Origin: Octopus sinensis
Taxonomy: Eukaryota
Reading direction: 5' to 3'
NCBI RefSeq assembly: GCF_006345805.1
Contig: NC_043001.1
Location: forward strand, 45,508,001-45,572,000
DNA: 64,000 bases
Of the stretch, positions 37,911 through 50,000 are shown piece after piece (the stretch's first letter is position 1; each line of letters begins with the position of its first letter). The position numbers and the translations under genes are program-made. The notes below the pieces were generated by a model that was not told the DNA's origin, made no database searches, and worked only from the letters and a program-made list of their open reading frames with translations.

Positions 37911-39035
37911 ATCATCATCATCACTGTTGAACGTCCGTTTTCCATGCTAGCATGGGTTGGATGGTTCGACCGGCTCCAGTCTGATCTGGCAGTGTTTCTA
38001 CAGCTGGATACCCTTCCTAACGCCAACCACTCCATGAGTGTAGTGGGTGCTTTTTACATGCCACCAGCACAGGGGCCAGAGGTGGCTGGCATCAGCCACA
38101 TTTGGATGGTGCTTTTTACATGCGACCAGCACGGGTATCACAACTACAATTACCATTTGACTTTTATTTTGATGTACTTGACTCAATAGGTTTCCTCAAG
38201 CACAGCAGGTCATCCTATGATCCAAGGTACTTTGAATGGGCTGGGGCTGGTTATGTGAAGCTGTTGTAGGATACGCCGTGGACTCACTTTATTAGTGGGT
38301 TCTTCGCAGTCAGCATATCTCCAGAGGTCTCGGTCTTTCGTCATTGCCTCTGTGAGGCCCAATGTTTGAAAGTCAGGCTTAACCACCTAATCCCATGTCT
38401 TCCTGGGTCTACCTCTACCCCAGATTCCTTCAACAGTTTGGGAATGGCACTTCACACATCTCTCCTCATCCATCCATAGTACATGACCATATCAACACAA
38501 ACGTCTTTCTTGCATGCCACATCCGATACTTCTTATGTCTAACATTTCTCTCAGGGCACATCCAGCAGATCATGCTAGCTTCATTTCTTTCAAGCCTATG
38601 CATGTCTTCCGTGAAGCATGGCAGTTCACACACATGCATTGTACAATCTACCTTTCACTCTGAGCCAGAGACCCTTTGTCACCAATAAGGGTAGAAACTT
38701 TCTAAACTTTGCCCAGGCTATTCTTATTCTGGTGGTAACACTCTCTGAGCATCCACCCCCACTACTAACTTGGTTACCTAGGTAGCGGAAGCTTTCAACT
38801 ACTAGTTTCTCTCCATGGAGTGTGATGGAATCTGTTTTCTGAGCATATGTGGTGTCTATTGTCCCTGTGCATCTGTCGCACATGAAAGCTATCTTCTCGG
38901 TTAATCTTCCTTTGATGTTGCTGTACTTCTTATATGTCCATAGCTTACACTGGGTACATCTTATGGAGTTTCTACCTATACCTGTTCTACAGATCGAGCA
39001 GGGCCTACCTGAGGGAGTGTGTGATGAGTTCACCA
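37911..39035 (-). mobile_element. 5'-truncated RTE-clade LINE (C-terminal ORF2 + 3' UTR)
   Basis: PSGRPCSICRTGIGRNSIRCTQCKLW...CDRC...FRYLGNQVSSGGGCSESVTTRIRIAWAKFRKFLPLL...KGRLYNACV, then 3' UTR and (GAT)n tail. Confidence 0.93.
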
Positions 39036-39334
39036 TATATATATATATATAATATATATATATATATATACATATATATATACATATATATTTATATATA
39101 TATAATAAAAAAAAGCAACAAGGATATCCAGAAGTAATGCAGTACGATTGTTTCATGCGACTCCATTTAATTGAACAATGCAAACATAACATCAATTTAA
39201 AATGTAGAGCAATCTTCAGCTGCATAAAAATATAGAATTTATATAAATTTGAAGGATTCATTTGTATAGTTTTCTTTTTATCCAAATTACAAAGGGGATA
39301 AGTAGATTAACAAAGAACATGTTTTATCAACAAC

Positions 39335-39464
39335 ATCTCAGAACTGTGATCATCATCATCATCATCATCGTTTAACATCTGTTCTCCATGCTAGAATCAT
39401 CCAACCCATGCTAGCATGGAGAACGGACGTTAGACGATGATGATGATGATCACAGTTCTGAGAT
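39335..39464. repeat. Fold-back palindrome of an RTE tail plus unique flank
   Basis: Arms 39335-39394 and 39411-39464 are reverse complements (3 substitutions and a 6-bp indel in the (GAT)n run); 16-nt loop. Confidence 0.93.
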
Positions 39465-39989
39465 TTTTCAAAGGAAGACACTGCTTATCATTGATTATAT
39501 TTGTTATTCAGATTTACTAGCTGGGGAGGGGGGGGGGGTTAGTTTTAATTTATAGACTAGTTTATCAAGTCTAATAGAAACTAGAATCTATCCTTTATGG
39601 ATAGGGTAAAATAGACAATTTAAGTGGCAGAGTCATAAATCAAGATTTCTTTGAAGTAAAAACTATTTGGTTCAGTAAGAATATATTTCAGCTAAGTTTG
39701 CAGGCTAATGCTAATTGGAGTAGGGAGAGTAAAACATAGCATTAACTATTTACCAACTGTAAAAACAGTAATATTTATATATACACAGATACATTTTAGA
39801 GTTGTTTCAAAGAGCAATAAGAATATTTCTGATTACTTTCAGTATTATCAAAAGATTTTACACAATGGAAGGACAGAGAATATAGAAATAATTCCATATT
39901 TGTATATTTCTATACTACCTTAACATGTATTTATAGTTAATTATAATAAACATATATTTATGGTTAATTATTAAATGTTAATAACTGTC

Positions 39990-40555
39990 AGTTTCCACAA
40001 CTGGATGCCCTTCCTAATGCCAATCACTCCGAGAGTGTAGTGGGTGCTTTTACGTGCCAGCAGCATGAGGGCCAGTCAGGCAGTAGTGGCAACGGCCACG
40101 CTCAAATGGTGTTTTCTACGTGCCACCTGCACAGGAGCCAGTCCAGCGGCACTGGCAACGACCTCGCTTGAATGTTTTTTCACATGCCACCGGCACTAGT
40201 GCCAGTAAGGCAACGCTGGTAACGATCACGCTTGAATGGTGCTCTTCACATGCTGCCAGCACAGAAGCCAGTTAGCTGCTCTGGCAACAATCATGCTCGG
40301 ATGGTGCTCTTAGCGCTCCAATAGCACGGATGCCAGTCATCGAATTTGATTTTGATTTCACTTGCTTCAACAGGACTTCGCAAGCAGAGTTTAGTGTCCA
40401 ATGAAGGAAAGGTACGCATAAGTGGGCATAGGCCACAAGGTTATGGTCTCACTCGGTTTGCCGGGTCTTCTCAAGCACAGCATATTTCCAAAGTCTCGGT
40501 CACTAGTCATGCTTCACCACTTCATCCCAGGTCTTCCTGGGTCTAGCTCTTCCAC
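39990..40555 (-). mobile_element. RTE 3' UTR fragment with diverged tandem units
   Basis: ctggatgcccttcctaatgccaatcactccgagagtgtagtgggtgc followed by repeated gtgccac...gaatggtg units. Confidence 0.85.
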
Positions 40556-40565
40556 ATATGTGTGT

Positions 40566-41050
40566 ATCATCATCATCATCATCATCATCGTTTAACGTCC
40601 GCTTTCCATGCTAGCATGGGTTGGACGGTTCAACTGGGGTCTGGCAAGCCCGAAGGCTGCACCAGGCCAGTCAGATCTGGCAGTGTTTCTACAGCTGGAT
40701 GCCCTTCCTAACGCCAACCACTCCGAGAGTGTAGTGGGTGATTTTATGTGCCACCGACACAGGTGCCAGACGAGGCTGGCAGACGGCCACGCTCGGATGG
40801 TGTTTTTTATGTGCCACCGACACAGGTGCCAGACGAGGCTGGCTGACGGCCACGCTCGGATGGTGTTTTCTTATGTGTCACCGACACAGGTGCCAGACGG
40901 GGCTGGCGGACGGCCACGCTCGGATGGTGTTTGTTACGTGCCCTCAGCACGGAGGCCAGTCGTTGCGGTACTGGCTACGATCACGTTCGGATGGTTTTCT
41001 TATGTGCCACCGGCACTGGTACCACAAGGATACAAATTCCATTGATGTTC
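40566..41050 (-). mobile_element. Young RTE 3' end with three 63-64-bp tandem units
   Basis: Long (CAT)n tail, CpG-rich; tgtgccaccgacacaggtgccagacg units start at 40747, 40810 and 40874. Confidence 0.92.
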
Positions 41051-41052
41051 AA

Positions 41053-41113
41053 TATATATATATATATTTTATATATATATACGTATATATATATATATTT
41101 TATATATATATAC

Positions 41114-41179
<66 letters not shown>

Positions 41180-41205
41180 TATATATATATATATATATAT
41201 ATACG

Positions 41206-41237
<32 letters not shown>

Positions 41238-41241
41238 ACGT

Positions 41242-41288
<47 letters not shown>

Positions 41289-41310
41289 GTATATATGTAT
41301 ATATATATAA
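41053..41310. repeat. Long (TA)n microsatellite with interruptions
   Basis: Directly visible; source of the YIYI-type ORFs 40738-41253 and 40931-41353. Confidence 0.97.
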
Positions 41311-43305
41311 AATAATACGTTACAATTACTCAATAGTCAAGTTAAAACTCTGAGTTTCAGATGCCGAAGTGGAAATCCACAACACCATATCTTCAGTTAT
41401 CTGGCCATCTGAAAAAACACTATGAAAAAATACCGTTATATAAAGGGAAATTACTATGTTATAATTCTGCTACTTATATAAAATAAGATTAAAATTTCAT
41501 AGTAAAACACTCACGTGCGCTCGCGGACCCACGTGCGTATTTATACGTCACTATGAAAACATACACATCTTCACTCGCATTTTTCGCCAAATATATATGC
41601 ATATATATACAAACTCATACACACACACATGCGTACCGTAAAAGTTCATACATATGTCTATATACGCACAAGCACAAGAAAAACCATGGTTAAAGGTAAC
41701 AGAAAAAACATAAGGAAGTATACAAAGCATAAAAACCACATTCATATACAGACATGCCCTTATGCACTCATACACACACACATATATGTACATACCCGCA
41801 CATGTTTATATACGCATACATACACATACATATACAAAAAATGAATATACATATGCCCCCCCCCCCCAAAAAAAAACCTAAAAAATGGAAAAATACTAAG
41901 TAAAAACGTCTATATATATATATATGCATTCTTATGCCCGCACACACGCACACATCTAAAACTGCCCACTCATACATATTCACACACATGTACAAATAAA
42001 TCTATATACACGTCTATATAGGCACAGGAAAAAATGCAGGATAGAAAAGTACAGAAAATTAATATGTGTGAAAAAATAAAAAAATTTTAAAATGTATGAA
42101 ATAATAAAAGGTATAATGAGATAAAAAACTTTTTGGGACATAATATAGAAAGCAAGTTCTATCTGTTTTCTTTAGGGGACCAAAAACCTAACAAAAATTT
42201 TGTCACATATGGGCATGATCCGAAAAGTTCTGCCCTTGAGTTTAGACATATCTAAAGGGTCTAAGCTGCTTTTCCAGATAAGCCATCTCTCCATGTCGCA
42301 TAGACCGCACTTTCTGCTGCCGTTGGTGTAGGGCTTACATTTGGCCAAAATCTTCCAATGGATGTTATAATCGACACCTTTATCTTTTAAAGACCAAATA
42401 TGATTAGATAATTTTGTCGCTTTTCTTTTGTTCCAGTGCCTAAAACTCAAGGTGTGGTTATTGAACCTGGCCTTGAAATTACCCTCTGTATTTCTTCGTC
42501 GAAACGGTGTCTTTAGTGGTTATAGAGTCCATGGTAGCTTCATAGATGATGGTCTCAGACATGCAAGCTCCATTTAGCGGGCACAATTTTTTTATTCCTG
42601 CATGAACAGCTGTTTTCTTGTTGTGGATTTTGTATGTTATGTGTGATTATATTTTTAAAATTGGTAGTTGAACTAAAACTAATTTTTAAATTGTGTTTAT
42701 TGAAGAGTTTCCTATAAGTATGGTTAACTGGAAAATGTCTATCTATCAGTGTTAAGAAATATTTATCTATATTGAAGGTCACCTCGGGTGAGTAAGGGGG
42801 TGTAAACCAGATGATCTTCCTATTTCTATTTTTCCTCTTCTTTACTGTTGGGCTAGTAACAGGTGTATATTTTATTTTTTCGCTAAAACCACTATCTTTT
42901 AAAGCCTTATTATAAACTGGGGCAACGCTATTACAAATGTTCTTATCAGAGGAGAGGCTAGAAATTCTCTTACTAATATTTTTAACTAAATTTTTGAATA
43001 CTATAGGGGGATGGCATGAACCTACATTAATATAGCTAAGTCTATCATTGGGCTTCCTATAAGGTTTATAAATATTCTTATTAAGATCTAAGGAAAATTC
43101 TAGGAAATTGACAACCGTCAGGTTAGTATCTATAGTTATACTAAGTCCGAAGTATTTCATTAATTGGATAATATCCTTCCTAAAACGATCCTGTGCTGGT
43201 CCATTTGTATTAGCGGTTAAAGCAAGGGCATCATCTTTGTAGATGGCGAAATATACATCAGGAAATTTCTTACCTAAAGTATCTAAGAGAAAAAATCCAA
43301 TATGA
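41310..43305 (-). mobile_element. 5'-truncated Penelope-like element (RT C-terminus, GIY-YIG endonuclease, 3' UTR, pLTR)
   Basis: AIYKDDALAL...VNFLEFSLDL...YKPYRKPND...HPP...RKIIWFTPPYS...CSCR...CPLNGACM..IIYEAT...TEGNFKARFNNH..SF...TKLSNHIWSLK...CGLCDMER. Frameshifts are present; the 3' boundary is approximate. Confidence 0.93.
41336..41406 (-). ncRNA. Hammerhead ribozyme-like motif at the Penelope 3' terminus
   Basis: gauaa-CUGAAGA-uau-[hairpin]-u-GAAAC-UC-A-GA-GUU-uuaac. Core and self-complementary stem III are present, but the stem II junction is atypical. Confidence 0.5.
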
Positions 43306-43324
43306 TGGAGCAGGCATTTGCGAT

Positions 43325-43830
43325 CTTAAGGAATAGGGTCTTAATCATTTGAGGCTTTCCCAATAGCTTATATGCTGCATGGAGGTTATCTTCTTCGTGT
43401 AGCTTTGTTGGATTGCCTCGAGTTCTGAAATTAACTTAACACTGGTTGGTGACCATAGCTGAGAGCAATAGTCAAAGTGGCTGAGGACAAATGACCAAGT
43501 CCAGTGTATTTAATGGGTATTGAATTTAGTTTTGCATGCTGATAGCACAAGGCTTGAAACATTAAACTGCATGCTATTCTTTTTAGCCCACTTGTATATT
43601 TCATCCAGCTCACATTGCAGGTGCATAATGTCTTCAAGGTTCTGTATTACCTGTGAGATTTTTGTATCATCTGCATAACTTGTGATCATGGCTCTCTGTG
43701 TGCCTGAGGGCATGTCTGAGAGGGCTATTATGAACAGTAGTGGTCCAAAAACAGTGCCTTGCAGAACACCACTCAATATTTGCATGGTATTGGAGGTGGC
43801 CCCATTGGCTACTACCACCTGTGAGGTATA
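43325..43830 (-). mobile_element. CR1-group LINE reverse transcriptase fragment
   Basis: SGVLQGTVFGPLLFIIALSDMP...SYADDTKISQ...LQCELDEIYKWA..NSMQFN, then SHFDYCSQLWSP...LEAIQQSYTKKI..MQHISYWESLK. Confidence 0.9.
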
Positions 43831-45620
43831 GTCTTCTCCTGCCAAGGGAGAAGAAACAGTGAGTTAAGATGGAAGGTGAGGTGAGGCCCGCCATACTTGT
43901 AAATCTCACCTGGGATCCATCATCGCTGTGAAGCTTCTTACTTGTGCAATCGCAGATAGCCTGTTGGACCTCATCAAGTGTTGTGAGATTGTCAAGCTCT
44001 GTCAGGAAAGGAAGACCTAGAATCTCTTCAAGTGCTGTGAAGTCCATGGAGTTGACCCAATTCAGAAATTCTTGAAAATGTTTGGCTCACCTGTGAAGTA
44101 TCATACTTTTCTCAATAAGGTACCATTGGATGATCTCACCGAAGAAGTCACCTTTCTGCATGGGCTGAAGATACTCTTAATTGAGTCAAAGAATTCATGT
44201 GTTGTCCTCATCTGCAAAACACTGAATTTCTTCTGCCTTTCAAAGCTACCAATTGTTTTGAGCATTCCTGATGACATGTTGAGTGGAAGCACAAACATCC
44301 TTCTATTTTGGGGGCAGGGCTGTAGAAACCGGGTTGGCTAGAACAGCATTGTCAAGCTTGTTCTTCTCAGATAGGACAAGTTGTATGATCTTAGCCAATT
44401 CACCAAATTAGTCAGGGTTGAAATGTGTAGTTATCCCAAGGCAGTGTCTCGTAGAACAAAGAGGAATGAGTCCCAGTAGTTGTTGAGTTCTTCTTAGGTG
44501 AGGTCAGCAGATCTGGGATAGGCAGGAGCTCATCTTGAATTCTGCATTTAAGCTAAGTAAGCTTCTCAGGACTGTGATTTTCAGATTGGAGGTTTCAGAG
44601 TCAGACGAAGAAGAGATCTGATCATTTAATAGTCTAGCCAACATTCTACACCCTTCATAGTACAAGTGATCAAGACATCCTTATGATACCTTTGTTGAAC
44701 TATCACACAGTCAAGAAGGTTCCAGGATTTGGGTCAAGGATGCATCCAGGAGACTTTATGGATTGTTGGGAACTGGAAAACTGTGTTGGTAATGTGTTGG
44801 TTCATGTTGGGAACAGAAAGTTAGAAGATGAAGGCCACTGGCATTCATTTTCCCAACACCATGATGACCAATAATGCCATGCCACATGAGATAGCTTTGA
44901 CTGACCCTGATATTGAAATATCCAAGCAGAATGATCTTATCAGACTTGGGTATCCTTCAGATGACATTGTCCAGACATGTAGGACCTGTCCTTAGCTTCT
45001 TCAGGAGAGTCCAAGGTGGGTGCATAGGCACTGTCGATGGTGGCAAACTGAACTTTGGAGAGAGTGAGCCACAACCTGAAGAGACATTCATGCAGTGCAA
45101 CAGGAAGCTCTGCCACCTTATTTGCAATGGCGGTCTTCACAGCAAAGACCACTCCAGTGCCATCAGTGACACTCTTCCATTAGAATGTGTATCCCTCTGC
45201 CAGTTCAGTGACAGAGCCTTCCTCTGAGAAACACTAAGATCCACTATGTGCACGTTGCATTCAGCTCAGATGCAACCAGAGCAGTTTTTCGATGAGATCA
45301 ATCTGAATTAGGAGGATCAAATAAAGTTCTGACATTCCAGAAAACAATTAGCAATTTCTTGAAGTTTCAATCTCATTAGAAAGGTCACCTGTCAGGCACA
45401 GTTTCCTGACTGGGTAAAACAGAGCAAGCTTTGTTTGGGCCACCTTTTCTAGGCCGTCACTTGGATTGAGGGAGGCAGTGCCTTCCCTAAATAGGGCTGC
45501 CAGGACACATGAGCAGGACTGAAGAAGCCTGATGTCCCCTGGTGCAGATTTCAGTGACCATCTTATTCATACTACCATCATGCAAATTTCAAGCTAGAGG
45601 CTACCAGCATCAGCCATGCT
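43831..45620 (-). mobile_element. Decayed RTE/BovB-like LINE, 5' half (AP endonuclease to start of RT)
   Basis: FWNVRTLFD...KTALVASEL; FAVKTAI...ISAYAPTLDSPEEAK; HGVGKMN...HKVSWMHPRSK; LDEVQQAI...GIPGEIYKYGG. The 5' boundary is uncertain and may reach about 46080. Confidence 0.85.
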
Positions 45621-46762
45621 TGCCTCCGACATCAGCTGTTCATTGCCAATGGACTTGGGAGTAGAAAAAAAAAGGAGGAAAATGAAGGAAGAAGGCTGAG
45701 ATGGATCAAAATCTGCACAAAATTTGTTTCCAGTAATGAGAAGGGCACACAATCCTTCACCGCACAACTTGACTTATCTGTAACTGGTCTAGTGGCAAGA
45801 AGGTGAACCAAAATCAATGGGGTCAAAGGACAAGCTGCAGCAAACTGCTGCATTCAAGGTATGTAGTGGGGTACCTCTACAGCCAGCTTGCTTGGCTTTG
45901 TCCCATTGTAGGTAATAGACACAAGGGGCATGTGACCAGGACAGCTGCCAGGTGCTGTAAAAGACTGTTCTGGATTTGGTGAAGGAAATAAAATAAGGCA
46001 GAGTTTAGTTGACATTCTAGTTAACTCACAGCTAGGACCCTAATAGGTGCTACTACTCCAGGTCAGTGTAGGCCTGAGAACAATAGTGGTTAACCCTTTA
46101 GCATTCAAATTACTCTGTCAAATGAAAATTCAACAATAAATACTTTTAAATTAGGAAAAAGTATATAAAATGTTGAATATGTTAGTGCTGTCAGGTCAGT
46201 GAAATATGATTCTTTTTCAGTTAATCTTTTCAAATGCAGACAGCCATTAATCTTCTGCAATTCTACTGGTTACATGTAGTCATGATATATTTTTCTCTAA
46301 ATGTTTGAAAATAACAGCTAAAAAAAAAAAAGAAAAGAAAGAACTAGAGTTAATTATTTCCGGGATTACAAGTATCTATGGCACTAGTGCTTAACTTCAA
46401 AAAGTAGCATCAAAGAGATGAGAGATAATTCTTCCTGTGGATAGATCAATGTTTTATTGCAGATAAAGATTCTTGATTCTTCTTTCTGACAATTAGGTGA
46501 ACTGAAGCATGTAGAATTAAGTTTACTAACTAGACACTACATTGCATTACAGTACATTTTAACTCCCAATCCAAAAGCTGCTAGTCTAAATATGCAACCA
46601 CTACTTAATTATTAGATTCCATATAGATGGCACTTCATTTTTTCCACCTCATTAATTCTCCAGGCTATTTTTAAATTTCTACACCAAACAACATAGTAAA
46701 ATCTTGTACATACACTTCAAGGTTCTTCCATTACTACTTTGTCAAATACAGTGAATCTTAGT

Positions 46763-46812
46763 GCTTTGCTGATAAGATCATAAGACCAAAACATGTTCAG
46801 AGTTGTCTCCTG
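46763..46812 (+). ncRNA. Decayed copy of the 17347 hammerhead-like repeat
   Basis: gctttg-CTGATAA-gatcataagacc-AAAAC-at-GTT-cagagttgtctcct shares its layout and 3' flank with 17347-17396, but the core is mutated. Confidence 0.55.
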
Positions 46813-46872
46813 AAATAATTAAAACAAGCAGAAAACCACCAGCAGGGTAGTATTTCTGCTAGTAATAATAAT

Positions 46873-47083
46873 ACTTTCTATTATAGGCACAAGGCCTGAA
46901 ATTTTACAGGAGGGGACTGGTCAATTATATCAACCTCAATGCTCAACTGGTACTTATTTTTATCAACCCTGAAAGGATGAAAAACCAAGTCAATCTCAGT
47001 AGAATTTGAACTCAGAACATAAAAGTTGGAAGAAAGGTCATGAAACATTGTATCTAGCATGTCAACAATTCTGCCAACTAACT
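46873..47083 (-). mobile_element. tRNA-derived SINE, family of 11276
   Basis: ggcacaaggcctgaaatttt...ctggtacttatttt...gaaaggatgaaa...gaatttgaactcagaac...ttctgcca is the reverse complement of the family consensus. Confidence 0.85.
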
Positions 47084-50000
47084 ATCTTAATAATAATACC
47101 AATTTTTAACTTACAGAGTGACAAGTAGAATCATAATATGATAATGATGATTATGTTAGTCCTTAACTCATACTGTATTTTCCTTTCTACATAATTATGT
47201 ATACTCCATGCATTAAATATGGTAACACTAACTTAATATTTTTATCTGCACACTTGGGTGAGTTGGAAAAATCAACAGAGCATCAGACAAAATACTATAT
47301 GGCATTTATTTACATTGCAGGTTCTAATTTTGCCCAAGTTAACTTTAATTTTCATCTTTTCAAGGTTAATAAAATAAATTTCCAGTCAAATCAGTATCAG
47401 GTCAAATGAAGTTAGTTCCCCAGCACACCCACAATCCAAGTCCAATGACTGAAACCAATAAAAGAATAAACAAAAAGGAAAACTTAGCCATTTTGAAAAA
47501 TAAAGAAAAATACATCAAGAGAGAAATATCAACAGATGAAATGAAAGTCAATACAGCATTTCAGTAAGGTGATAGTCAATAAATTTTTTAGTGATCAGGT
47601 TTTAACTACTATTCATATCAATAAAAATAAAAATCATCCTACACACACACTTGCTCTAACTAAAATTATATCTTCTACAAATGCTAAGATAGACTTAATG
47701 AATTACTCTGATTTGCAAAAATTGAAGTTGGTAGTTACCATACTGCTTGCAATGTAAATAAACATTTCACCATCTCTCCCTTTACCATTAGTGAATTGGT
47801 CAAAGAACTTTCCTTTCTTTACCCCTCATTTATAATTTTTTCCCTCCTTTAAAGGTCAGAATAATTCATTCATTGAGATCAGATTTCATGTATGAGTAAA
47901 AATAGCTTAAATGCTTTGGTAGAAAGGGCGCTAAGTGAAAACAAACAGTGATTTGGCTGAGGAATCAGAGTTAAACATATCTAAACAGAATATAATTGTC
48001 TAGTTGGCTGAGTGGATAACTCAAATATTTCATTAATTAACAAAAGCTTTTCAATGATGGAAAGAAATAATAATAAAATACAAATCTGTAGCACAGGGAT
48101 GTATTATTTCAGGTCTATAAAAAATGAATACATTTGTTTTTTTATTGGTTTGTTTTTCATTTTTTTGTTTGTTTGTTTGTTTGTTTTTTACCATTTTAAC
48201 ATTTCTTTATAATTTTCATTTGTTACAATAATGGTCTTTTTGTTTTTTTGGTTTTTTTTTAATTTTAGTACTGGCACACAGCAACTCATTTCAAAGGGGG
48301 ACAGAGTCAATTAAATCAAACTAGTGCATAAATGACATTTTATCAGCTCTATAAATGTTGATTTGTGTAAGATCTGAACTCAGAGTATAAAGAATGTTAA
48401 GTAAACACTGCAAGGCAATTTATCCTACTCTCAGGATTCTGCAATCTACTGCAGTATCTCATATCAATAATAAGTATAATTTGATTAACATAAATATTTC
48501 ATTTGGCCGCAATTACATTTCAAACAACCTAGCATTTAAAAATAGATTTAGATAAAAATAAAACAAACACATAGATTACATTTTAAAATAGATGACAAAT
48601 CAGTTTTAAAAAGACTTTTAAGCAAAACTGAACTATAATGAAATGTAACCACATTTACAAAGATAAAATTCACCAAATAATTTAAATCATTTTTGAGGTG
48701 TTTCTCCTTTTATTATACTGTTTTCACCTCTTTTTCTATAATCTACATTGCCAGAGTTATAGCTTTTTTTTACAATCAGATAGATGTCCTTTCTACTTCT
48801 ACATCAGACAAATTGAAGCAATATGAATTATGTATGGACTTTGCTCAGAAGTAAAACACAAGATTTAAGATTTGAACTTACAACCGCCTTTATCACACAG
48901 TCAAAGAGCCTCAAAATTCTGCAACTACTTTCTCAGCATCAATAAGTTTATATGACTATTCCTTTCCACTGCCAGTAATAATCTGAATTTCATTTGTTCA
49001 TTAAATGCCTAGTGCAGCATTAACCTAAGATCTTATAAAGAAATGAAGAATAGTTGCCAAGAAGAATACCACCAACAATGTTTTCTTTAGATAGCTGTAC
49101 AAGAAGTATGGCAACAGAAGGTTTCTCTTTTCTTGCTAAATGAGTGTGATACTGCACAGCAGAGGGACATCATAATTGGCCAAGGAAGATCTGTAAAAGC
49201 TACAGAGAAATTAGTTGGCTATGATCCATAGGAGATAGAAAACTTACTTACATGAAAAACGAAGCACATGTAGCAGACAAACAAAACTAATATGCATTAA
49301 GGGAATCAGGTTAAGTATGCAAGTAATTCAACTAATCTGGCACAAGATGTGATATGATTGGACAATGAAAAGCAGGTGCCATTAATGGAAAATGTCTGGA
49401 GCAGAAAATTATCAAAGAGGAAATGAGTGGAAGTTATGAGACTCAAAAACAAGATGACAAGATCAATTTTATTGCACAGCAGGCCCATCCAACTCACATC
49501 AACATGGAAAAACTAAACTCAAAAGAATGATCATCATGCAGATGTTTAGCCCAAGTTAGCCTTGATCTAGCAGGCCTATGATCAAAGGTCTAGCTGTTAT
49601 TATACCTATTTTGTGGCGATTATAGTGCATCTGGGACTACATCATATTTAGTATTTTTAGTATTTTTCATTTTTTTAAGATAGTAAGGTTTTAGTTATAG
49701 TTAATTTGACTATTTCTAGCAGGTCAAGCAACCACATTGAAGCTCCCTCAACAGACCATCATTGAAACCCTGCCTCTAATGACATTATTAATTATACCTC
49801 ACAGCAGTGGTACTCTAGCATGACCTTCACCATGGTGGCCTGAACAAATGAAAGAAAACAATGTTATCAGTTACACAATGTCTTAATATCTTTTGGTATG
49901 ACAAATATATTCAACATACACTAGATAGTTTTCTAAATCAAGGGTAGTGTTTGTCACTTATGACTAAATGTTCCAACAAAGGAACCTCTACATGAACATT

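Noticed and set aside
38626-39285. 219-aa ORF as a gene
   Set aside because: A chance fusion of flank, (TA)n and an RTE ORF2 fragment.
40608-41353. ORFs of 140-171 aa with repeated motifs
   Set aside because: Antisense reading of 63-bp UTR repeats and (TA)n.
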